From an uncultured Verrucomicrobiae bacterium (GTDB lineage: Bacteria; Verrucomicrobiota; Verrucomicrobiia; Chthoniobacterales; UBA10450), in assembly GCA_963735805.1 (NCBI GenBank), contig CAVTMK010000002.1:800001-864000 (forward strand): DNA of 64,000 nt, written 5' to 3'. Position numbers and translations under genes: made by a program. The notes beneath the pieces are model-generated. The model made no database searches, was not told the DNA's origin, and worked only from the letters and a program-made list of their open reading frames with translations. Each line of letters opens with the position of its first letter. The first letter of the stretch is position 1. Below are positions 56,603 through 64,000 of the stretch, one piece after another.

Positions 56603-57196
56603 ATGAAAGAACTCTTCTCCCATATTCGAGGCGCAGTCGTATCGACCGTCGTGCTGTCGATCGTCTGCTGCGGCCTCTATCCGCTCATTGTTTTCGGAAT
56701 TTCGCAGGCGCTCTTTCGCGACAAAGCCAACGGCAGTTTGATTGTCGATCCAAACGGAATGGTGCACGGATCAACGCTGCTGGCGCAAGGTTTTACCGCC
56801 GACAAATATTTTCATCCACGCCCTTCCGCTGCTGGGAATGGTTACGATGCCGCAAGCTCCGGCGGCAGTAATTTGGGACCGACGTCGCAAAAACTAAACG
56901 ACGCGATCAAAGACCGCGTTGCTGCTTACCGCAAGGAGAATGGTTTGAGTGAAACGGAGCCTGTGCCCGCGGATGCTGTGACCACATCAGGCAGCGGGCT
57001 CGATCCTCATATCAGCTTACGCAACGCGGAACTGCAAACTCCGCGCGTCGCCAAAGCTCGCGGCCTATCCGAGGAGAAGGTTCGCGAACTGATTCAGGAA
57101 AAAACCGATGGGCGCGATCTCGGCGTTCTCGGCGAACCGGGTGTGAACGTTCTCAAACTGAACCTCGCGCTCGATGCCCGCCCGACGCAGCCATGA
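56603..57196 (+). CDS. kdpC: K+-transporting ATPase subunit C
   Basis: YFHPRPSA, SGGSNLGPTS, DAVTTSGSGLDPHIS, VNVLKLNLAL. Confidence 0.97.
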   Translation: MKELFSHIRGAVVSTVVLSIVCCGLYPLIVFGISQALFRDKANGSLIVDPNGMVHGSTLLAQGFTADKYFHPRPSAAGNGYDAASSGGSNLGPTSQKLNDAIKDRVAAYRKENGLSETEPVPADAVTTSGSGLDPHISLRNAELQTPRVAKARGLSEEKVRELIQEKTDGRDLGVLGEPGVNVLKLNLALDARPTQP

Positions 57197-57456
57197 AACC
57201 TTTGTTCACGATTTCTTCCGCGATGAATGACTCTGCTCGCATTCAATCGAGTCAAGCGGGCGAACCGACGAAAACGTACGTATTCGTTTTCGTTCCTTTT
57301 TACATCACCAGAAAGACAGTTGCATCGACTCGACAATCTCGCCGCAATTTGCTTCTAAAATTACGCCGCATCCTTCTTCGGCAAGATCGACAATCGCTGC
57401 CATTCTGGACCTGGTTTGTCGATAATCCGCGACCCACATCCACCCGCCGATCGTGA
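57193..57456 (+). CDS. 87-aa hypothetical protein coupled to kdpC and the porin
   Basis: ATGA overlap with the kdpC stop and GTGA overlap with the porin start. No recognisable motif. Confidence 0.45.
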   Translation: MKPLFTISSAMNDSARIQSSQAGEPTKTYVFVFVPFYITRKTVASTRQSRRNLLLKLRRILLRQDRQSLPFWTWFVDNPRPTSTRRS

Positions 57457-58664
57457 AAACGATCTTTCAATCATTTGGCATTTCGCTCTGTCTCGCCGCA
57501 ACGGTTGTTGCAGGGGAAGTCGCGGTCGTAGCGCCCTCGCCGACACCGGAGCCGCGCTTTAAGATCTCTGGTTGGATCGACAGTGGGATCACCTTTAATC
57601 CTGCCAGCCCGGCAGATAATCAGAACTTTGGACGGTTCTTTGACGATCGCGTGAACGAGCCGCTGTTGAACCAACTTGTAATCAATTTCGAGCGTGCGCT
57701 GGCGCCGCAGCCTGGTCAGTTCGATTGGGGTTTCAAGTTGCAATTCATGTACGGCAGCGACGCGCGCTTCATCCACTCCCTAGGCCTATTCAGCGATACG
57801 GCGGCCACCTCGATCGTTCAGCCGGACATGGTCGAAGGATATCTTAACCTTCACTTTCCCTTTATCAGCGAAGGAGGCCTCGACTTGAAGCTTGGCAAAT
57901 TTGTCACCCTCGAGGGAGCGGAAACGATCGATCCACGCACGAATTTCTTCTATTCGCATACCTACATTTTTAATTTTGGAATTCCGTTTAACCACACCGG
58001 CGGCCTGGCGACCTTTCATGCGACCAAATGGCTCGATCTTTACTCTGGAATTACGCGGGGCGTTAACACCAGCATCGACGATAATAACGATAACGTCTCT
58101 TTTCACGGCGGCGTCGGACTCAACCTGTGGGATGGCAAACTGACGATTCTTGCGACCACTTCCATCGGTCCTGAGACGCCGAACGACAATCACGATCAGC
58201 GTTACCTCAACTGCATCACCACCACATGGAAGATCACCGATAGGTTTACGTCCATCACCGATCTCAACTATGCGCGCGACGACGGAGCCGATGCTGACGC
58301 CTACGGCATCGCGCAATATTTTACCTACGCCATCAACAGTTGGTTAACTGCCGGAATCCGCGGGGAAGTCTTCAGCGATCAAAAAGGCTTTTACGTGGTC
58401 TCGTTTGCTAACATCCATGACCCGATGCGCGCCTTGGAGGGCGAACCGACCATTGATCCACGCACGGTTGGTGGCGGGCATACTACCTACGGCGCAATCA
58501 CCGCCGGTGTGAACATCAAGCCACCGATGCCAAAGCCTATTTCAAGTCTGAACATCCGTCCGGAACTGCGCTACGATCGCGCGTTAAACGGCACGCATCC
58601 ATTCAATCAGTCAAGTGACGTCGATCAGTTTACTGTCGGCGTAGATTGCATTCTCACGTTTTAA
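57453..58664 (+). CDS. Outer-membrane beta-barrel porin (BBP2/OmpL-like, DUF1597-like)
   Basis: Signal peptide, GKFVTLEGAETID...NFFYSH...GIPFNHTG, IRPELRYD, amphipathic strands, terminal Phe. Confidence 0.8.
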   Translation: MKTIFQSFGISLCLAATVVAGEVAVVAPSPTPEPRFKISGWIDSGITFNPASPADNQNFGRFFDDRVNEPLLNQLVINFERALAPQPGQFDWGFKLQFMYGSDARFIHSLGLFSDTAATSIVQPDMVEGYLNLHFPFISEGGLDLKLGKFVTLEGAETIDPRTNFFYSHTYIFNFGIPFNHTGGLATFHATKWLDLYSGITRGVNTSIDDNNDNVSFHGGVGLNLWDGKLTILATTSIGPETPNDNHDQRYLNCITTTWKITDRFTSITDLNYARDDGADADAYGIAQYFTYAINSWLTAGIRGEVFSDQKGFYVVSFANIHDPMRALEGEPTIDPRTVGGGHTTYGAITAGVNIKPPMPKPISSLNIRPELRYDRALNGTHPFNQSSDVDQFTVGVDCILTF

Positions 58665-58730
58665 GTACACGCCATCGTGCATAACCTGCTCATTTTCGTC
58701 ACTGGCAGGATCTTCCACCATTAACAACTT

Positions 58731-58835
58731 ATGAATTACTTCCTGTTCAGGGTGCTTGTCTTGGTGCTCTTTGTACTGCTATTGATTCTGCTTACAATCT
58801 TCGAGAAGAAAGCCTTGAGACGCCGTAAGCATTAG
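58731..58835 (+). CDS. 34-aa single-TM micro-ORF
   Basis: MNYFLFRVLVLVLFVLLLILLTIFEKKALRRRKH: strong TM helix plus basic tail. No clear RBS. Confidence 0.45.
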   Translation: MNYFLFRVLVLVLFVLLLILLTIFEKKALRRRKH

Positions 58836-58914
58836 GGCTCAAGGCAATCAGGATTGTTCCGCTATCGCTGTGGCCTGACTCGATTTGGATTCGGGCAAGA
58901 TATAGCTTCGGGCA

Positions 58915-59364
58915 ATGCTCAAGGTCGCAGACACTCCTGGACCGGCGCAAAGATCGCGATGCCATCCCTGGCTCGCGGGGTTCTTTGCTTTTGGCGCAAT
59001 GATGTGCGCTCTTGTCCTGGCCTTGCTTCTCTTTCCTTGCAGCTCTTTCGATTCGGTATGGCGACTTAATCCAGAGGCTCGGCTCGCGTTTCGATCTCTA
59101 GGGAATTGGTCGTTTCTGCTCATGCTGACTGTCGGAATAGCGTGCCTCTTTGCCGCCATCGGGCTATGGCGCGACACTGTTTGGGGCACACGCTTGGCGT
59201 TGACCATTCTTTCGATCAATCTCATTGGTGATCTAGCCAATGCGTTGTTTCGTCACGATTATCGGGCGTTGATTGGTTTGCCTGTAGGCGCCGTGATGAT
59301 CTTTTATTTGGTTCGATCCGGAGATTGGTCCAAAGGCTTTCGCGGTCGGACAAAAGGGGAATAG
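58915..59364 (+). CDS. Hypothetical 4-TM membrane protein
   Basis: Four hydrophobic segments, WRLNPEA and NLIGD motifs. Directly upstream of kdpD. Confidence 0.65.
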   Translation: MLKVADTPGPAQRSRCHPWLAGFFAFGAMMCALVLALLLFPCSSFDSVWRLNPEARLAFRSLGNWSFLLMLTVGIACLFAAIGLWRDTVWGTRLALTILSINLIGDLANALFRHDYRALIGLPVGAVMIFYLVRSGDWSKGFRGRTKGE

Positions 59365-59401
59365 CTTAGTCTGGGCTTAAATTGTAACGTTGTAACCTCC
59401 C

Positions 59402-62041
59402 ATGAGCGACGCCGAACGGCCTGATCCAGATGCGCTTCTCGCCCGCATGAAGCGTGAAGAAACCGCTGCGGCGCGCGGGAAACTGAAGATTTTTTTCGGG
59501 ATGTCGCCGGGCGTGGGTAAGACGTACGCCATGCTGCAGGCCGCGCGGCAGAAACAAGCCGAAGGATGTGAGGTCGTGGTGGGGATCGTTGAAACGCACG
59601 GACGTAAGGAGACGGAAGCGTTGCTCGAAGGGATGCCAATCATGCCGCGAACGCAAATCGAATATCGCGGAACAAAGCTCGAGGAGATGGATCTCGATGC
59701 GATTCTCGCCTGGCATCCCGGTCTCGCAGTCGTCGATGAACTGGCACACACCAACGCACCTGGCTCGCGTCATCCAAAGCGTTACCAGGACGTGCTGGAG
59801 CTGCTAGACGCCGGCATCAACGTTTATACAACGCTCAATGTTCAACATGTCGCCAGTCGCGCCGACGTCGTCCGTCAAATCAGTGGTATTTCGGTCCACG
59901 AAACAGTTCCTGATACTGTCCTCGATCTTGCCGACGAAATCGTTCTTGTCGATCTAACCCCGGAGCAACTCCGGGCGCGCTTAGCTGAAGGCAAAGTGTA
60001 TCTCGGCGAGCGCGCGGAGTGGGCAGCGCGAAATTTCTTCCGTGAAAGCAACCTGACCGCCTTGCGCGAAATGGCGTTGCGTCTGGTGGCCGAACATGTC
60101 GATCGCGACCTGCGCGACATCATGTCAGAAGAAAGGATTGCCGGACCCTGGAAGAGTGGCGATCGGTTACTCGTCGCGGTGAGCGCGAGTCCTTACTCCG
60201 AGCGTTTGATTCGTTATACTCGGCGGCTCGCGGCATCCATGGAGGCCTCGTGGATTGTCGCAAATATCGAACAGCCACGCTCCTTGTCGCAGGAGGAACA
60301 AACGCGATTGACCCGCTACCTCGCGCTCGCGCGTCAGTTAGGCGCAGAAGTCATTTCGACACCGGGCACCGATGTTGGCGAAACGTTGTTGCGCATCGCG
60401 CGTGAGCACAACGTCACTCAAATCGTCATTGGAAAGCCGCTTGGAGCGCGGTGGTTTTCCTTTTGGAGGCGCGACCCGTTACGCTGGCTCATGCGCAATA
60501 GCGGAAACATCGACATTCACATGATTCCCGGAGAGGAATCGGCTGCACCGGCAAGGGAAACGGTCGAGGAGCGACTCATACGCGCTCCGTGGCGAGATTT
60601 TGGAATCGCCCTTGGCATTGCCGCGGGCGTCACTGCTCTCTGCTCCGCGATATTCGATTTCACCGGCTATTGGGCTGTCGCGCTTTTTTATCTGCTTGCC
60701 GTCGTGCTTGCCGCTACGCGACTACGCCGCTGGCCGACACTCTTTCTCGCCGGACTCAGCGCGCTTCTGTGGGATTTTCTGTTCATTCCGCCGCGATTCA
60801 CCTTCTACATCACCCATTTTCACGACTTCATGATGTTCGGCGCGTATTTCGTTATCGCCATTGTCATAGGACATCTGGCAACGCAATTGCGCGAACGCGA
60901 ACAGGCCGAGCGTCGTCGGGAGCAACGCGCAACAGCATTATACCGTTTGACACGTTCCCTGGCCGCCAGCGGCGATCTGGATCAAGCGCTTCCAAAAGTT
61001 TTGGCGTTGATCAAAGAATCGTTTCAATCAGATGCCGCAGTTTGGTTGCCCGACGAGAATGGCCTATCGCATCACTGGGCAAGCACGTTCGTGCCGTCTA
61101 GCAAAGACGAAAGCGTAGCAGTTTGGACGTTTCAGAAAAAACAAGCAGCCGGAAAATCGACGGACACCTTGCCGGATGCCGAGTCGCTTCATGTGCCACT
61201 AGTTACCGGCGATGGCGCCGAAGGTGTGTTGACTGTGCGCCTTCCAGTGACGCCTACGCTGGAGCAACGCGAATTGCTCGACGCCTTCGCCGCTCAACTC
61301 GCGCTGTTCGTGAAGAAGGAGCGCGCGCTTGAAGAAAGCCGCGCGGCGCAGATTTCAAGCCAATCCCAGAAGTTGCAGAAAGCGCTGTTCGATTCTGTCT
61401 CACATGAATTGAAGACGCCGCTTGCAGCGATGTCGGTCGCGCTCCAATCCGGCAAACCTTCTGCACAACCCAACCGCGCCGAATTGCAGCAAGCCGTGCA
61501 GCGGCTGACCCGAACTGTCGATCATTTGCTCGATGCGACCCGTTTGGAATCGGGACTCTTGCAACCACTGCGTGAATGGTGCGATCCGGCCGAGTTGGTG
61601 CGCGAAACCGTCACTTCGTCGGGATTAAAGGACAGCGTTGTTCGAATCAACACGCAGAATGACCTGCCCGCTATCTCTGTCGACGCGCGACTGATTCAGC
61701 AAGCGTTAGGTGCCTTGTTATCAAACGCCGCAGCGCACGGCGGAAGTGACAAACCGATCGAAGTGAGTGCAGCGCGGGATGGTTCTATGCTGATTATTTC
61801 CGTGGGAGATCGCGGCCCGGGTCTTGCGCCTGGTGAAGAGAACAAAGTTTTCGAAAAGTTTTATCGCGGTCCGAGAACGCGTCCTGGTGGCCTCGGTCTT
61901 GGGCTTTCCATTGCCCGGCAACTTGTAGAAGCACACGGCGGCGAGCTGCTGGCGCAAAATCGCGAAGGTGGAGGTGCGCGATTTTCCATTCGGCTTCCCG
62001 TTGGTGAACCGATGCGGTTGCCAAGCGAAGCCACCGCGTGA
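59402..62041 (+). CDS. kdpD: Sensor histidine kinase KdpD
   Basis: GMSPGVGKTY, VDELAHTN, USP domain, 4 TM, GAF, SHELKTPL, G boxes DRGPG / GLGLGL. Confidence 0.96.
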   Translation: MSDAERPDPDALLARMKREETAAARGKLKIFFGMSPGVGKTYAMLQAARQKQAEGCEVVVGIVETHGRKETEALLEGMPIMPRTQIEYRGTKLEEMDLDAILAWHPGLAVVDELAHTNAPGSRHPKRYQDVLELLDAGINVYTTLNVQHVASRADVVRQISGISVHETVPDTVLDLADEIVLVDLTPEQLRARLAEGKVYLGERAEWAARNFFRESNLTALREMALRLVAEHVDRDLRDIMSEERIAGPWKSGDRLLVAVSASPYSERLIRYTRRLAASMEASWIVANIEQPRSLSQEEQTRLTRYLALARQLGAEVISTPGTDVGETLLRIAREHNVTQIVIGKPLGARWFSFWRRDPLRWLMRNSGNIDIHMIPGEESAAPARETVEERLIRAPWRDFGIALGIAAGVTALCSAIFDFTGYWAVALFYLLAVVLAATRLRRWPTLFLAGLSALLWDFLFIPPRFTFYITHFHDFMMFGAYFVIAIVIGHLATQLREREQAERRREQRATALYRLTRSLAASGDLDQALPKVLALIKESFQSDAAVWLPDENGLSHHWASTFVPSSKDESVAVWTFQKKQAAGKSTDTLPDAESLHVPLVTGDGAEGVLTVRLPVTPTLEQRELLDAFAAQLALFVKKERALEESRAAQISSQSQKLQKALFDSVSHELKTPLAAMSVALQSGKPSAQPNRAELQQAVQRLTRTVDHLLDATRLESGLLQPLREWCDPAELVRETVTSSGLKDSVVRINTQNDLPAISVDARLIQQALGALLSNAAAHGGSDKPIEVSAARDGSMLIISVGDRGPGLAPGEENKVFEKFYRGPRTRPGGLGLGLSIARQLVEAHGGELLAQNREGGGARFSIRLPVGEPMRLPSEATA

Positions 62042-62719
62042 ATGAAACCGGTCGCGCTTATCATTGACGATGAAGTGCAAATCCGACGGCTGCTGCGAGT
62101 CGCTCTGGAAGCAGAAAATTATCAGGTCCGCGAAGCTGAGAACGGTCAACAGGGCTTGATTGAAATTGCCAACTACAAACCCGCTGTCATCCTTCTCGAT
62201 CTTGGCCTGCCGGATCTTGAAGGGCTCGAAGTGTTAAGGCGATTGCGTGAATGGAGCGAAGCTCCCGCGGTTGTTCTGACCGTGCGTGACGACGTGCAGG
62301 AAAAAGTGGCCGCCCTCGATGCCGGCGCAGATGACTATGTGACCAAGCCGTTTAGCATACCGGAGTTGCTCGCCCGTCTCCGCGCTGCGCAGCGAAAAAC
62401 ACGCCCGGCAGAGGAAATTTCGGTCTTTAAGCATGGCGATCTTATTGTCGATCTTTCCGCTCACACTGTGACTCGCGCCGGTCGGGAAGTGAAACTGACC
62501 GCCACCGAGTACGCCTTGCTCCGCTTGTTTGTCAGGCATCCTGGCCGCGTTCTCACGCATCGTTACATCTTGCGCGAAATCTGGGGTCCGAAATCAGAAG
62601 AACATCGGCAGTATCTCCGCGTTTACGTCACGCATCTGCGCCAAAAGATCGAGAGCGATCCAGCGAAGCCGTCTTTAATCAAAACCGCGCCTGGAATTGG
62701 CTACCGATTTGCGGGTTGA
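62042..62719 (+). CDS. kdpE: Response regulator KdpE (OmpR family)
   Basis: LLDLGLPD, GADDYVTKPF, YLRVYVTHLRQKIE, GIGYRF. Follows kdpD. Confidence 0.95.
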   Translation: MKPVALIIDDEVQIRRLLRVALEAENYQVREAENGQQGLIEIANYKPAVILLDLGLPDLEGLEVLRRLREWSEAPAVVLTVRDDVQEKVAALDAGADDYVTKPFSIPELLARLRAAQRKTRPAEEISVFKHGDLIVDLSAHTVTRAGREVKLTATEYALLRLFVRHPGRVLTHRYILREIWGPKSEEHRQYLRVYVTHLRQKIESDPAKPSLIKTAPGIGYRFAG

Positions 62720-62891
62720 TGCCTTGTAATCCATCGACACGTTCCCCTCGGTAACGACCATTCGATACACGTACAAAAGCGACCCAACACTCAAAAGCTT
62801 GGCTGGAAAGAATTCGCCTTCGCCAGAAGCTCCCTCGAGAAAGCACTTGCCAGCGAACAAGTGCGCAATGGAGAGTCACACGCAATAAGCG

Positions 62892-64000
62892 ATGGCGAAG
62901 CTGATGGAGGATATTGTTCTCGACGCGAGCGCGGGCGTGCATCGGCCGCGTAATCTGGACTGGAAACGGGCGGCTGCATTGCTGTACGGCGATTGGGGTA
63001 CCAGCAAGGCATACGTCATTGGCCTTGCGTTTGTGGCGGCGGGATTCTCGTCTCTGCCGATCATTCTGGCCGTTTGCGCGCTCACCGGGCTGGTCGGCAT
63101 CAATTACATTGTTATTTGCCGTCATTTCCCCGACGGCGGCGGTGTTTACTCCGCCGCGCGTGAGCAGAGCCGGTTGCTGGCGGTGGTTGGGGCGCTGTTG
63201 CTGGTCGCGGATCTTACGGTCACGGCTGCGCTCAGTGGCTGGTCTGCATTGAGCTACATCACTTCCGGCGCGGAGCAGGTCACTTGGATCAGGCTTGTTC
63301 GCGATCACATCGCGCTGACGACTATTGGCATGCTGCTGCTCATGGGACTGATTAATTACTTCGGCCCGAAACACTCTGGCAGCTTTGCTGTGGCGCTCAC
63401 GTTGCCGACTGCAGTGATAGTTATTCTCTTGATTGCTCTGAGCGCGCCGCACTTCACTACACATTTTCTCGAGCCGCGGCACCAAAGCCTGGGCACGGTG
63501 TGGGTGCAATTCGTCGGCGTCATCCTGGCTTTATCGGGCGCGGAATCCATCGCCAATCTCACCGGCGTCATGAAACTCGATCCAGGATCGACGATGGAAC
63601 ATCCGAGTGTCGCGCGCGAATCGCTGAAGGCCATTACACCGGTAGCACTCGAAGTTGTCATTGGTACGGCGCTGCTCGGGTGGGCGATGCTTTCACTGCC
63701 TTCCGTGCTCGGCAAGACATTGCATCTGACGAATCGCGACGAAATCTCGGCGGTTCTTTGGCAACGCAGTGAAGACATGTTGCGCTTCATCGGCGAGCAA
63801 TTTGCCACGGCCACATTTTCGCCCGGCGTCGGGCAGATTTTCGGCTGGATCGTTGGAATAGTTTTTTGCCTGCTGCTCTTAAGCGCTGCCAACACGGCCA
63901 TCGTAGCGATGATCGGTGTGCTTTATATGATGTCACGCGATCGCGAGATGCCGCGGCAATTCCGACAACTAAACAGTCACGGTGTTCCGCTCTGGCCGCT
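62892..64000 (+). CDS. APC-superfamily transporter, KimA/Kup-like (3' truncated; absent from ORF track)
   Basis: Open frame from ATG 62892 (or 62904) to the window end: LLYGDWGTSKAY, FPDGGGVY, LLVADLTVT, LSGAESIAN, SRDREMP..F..LNSHGVP. Confidence 0.85.
   Translation, partial: MAKLMEDIVLDASAGVHRPRNLDWKRAAALLYGDWGTSKAYVIGLAFVAAGFSSLPIILAVCALTGLVGINYIVICRHFPDGGGVYSAAREQSRLLAVVGALLLVADLTVTAALSGWSALSYITSGAEQVTWIRLVRDHIALTTIGMLLLMGLINYFGPKHSGSFAVALTLPTAVIVILLIALSAPHFTTHFLEPRHQSLGTVWVQFVGVILALSGAESIANLTGVMKLDPGSTMEHPSVARESLKAITPVALEVVIGTALLGWAMLSLPSVLGKTLHLTNRDEISAVLWQRSEDMLRFIGEQFATATFSPGVGQIFGWIVGIVFCLLLLSAANTAIVAMIGVLYMMSRDREMPRQFRQLNSHGVPLWP

Noticed and set aside
62720..62891. c-di-AMP (ydaO) riboswitch upstream of the KimA-like gene
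   Set aside because: The conserved GCUGAAU / GGGGGAACC / GUCAGCUAAC segments are absent.
62679..63901. Minus-strand ORFs of 276 and 181 aa in the ORF track
   Set aside because: Shadows of the real plus-strand transporter, which the track omits because it has no stop in the window.
1..64000. Mobile elements, prophage, CRISPR, tRNA/rRNA, defence systems
   Set aside because: No transposase, integrase, phage structural, cas or repeat-spacer signature and no tRNA cloverleaf seen by eye. A dedicated scan could still find short ncRNAs.

Overview
A densely coding chromosomal segment of about 55% GC (visual estimate) from a Verrucomicrobiota bacterium, most likely a soil Chthoniobacterales / 'Ca. 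Udaeobacter'-like organism. The assignment rests on a PVC-superphylum small basic protein, a stand-alone SWIB protein, a long Chlamydia-style GreA, an LpxL-WaaF fusion and a TIGR04073-like protein. Most of it is housekeeping and envelope genes: putA, threonine aldolase, dsbD, panC, nadB, aroA-cmk-plsC, grpE-dnaJ, rsmE, an rRNA m5U methyltransferase, and LPS/glycan genes. I saw no rRNA, tRNA, CRISPR array, transposase or prophage. The best candidate for an undescribed system is an expanded potassium locus at about 51-64 kb. It holds a frameshifted cation antiporter, a likely KdpE box, two paralogous micro-membrane ORFs plus kdpF (all missed by the ORF track), kdpABC translationally coupled to an 87-aa orphan and an outer-membrane beta-barrel, another micro-ORF, kdpDE, and a KimA/Kup-like APC transporter cut off by the window end. 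Other notable items are a beta-CASP nuclease-DNA ligase fusion, a PlsC-alpha/beta-hydrolase fusion, two lipoproteins sharing an unnamed C-terminal domain, an SBP56 gene coupled to a His-rich membrane protein, and a STAS/PP2C module coupled to grpE-dnaJ without dnaK. All calls come from motif recognition by eye; no database searches were run.
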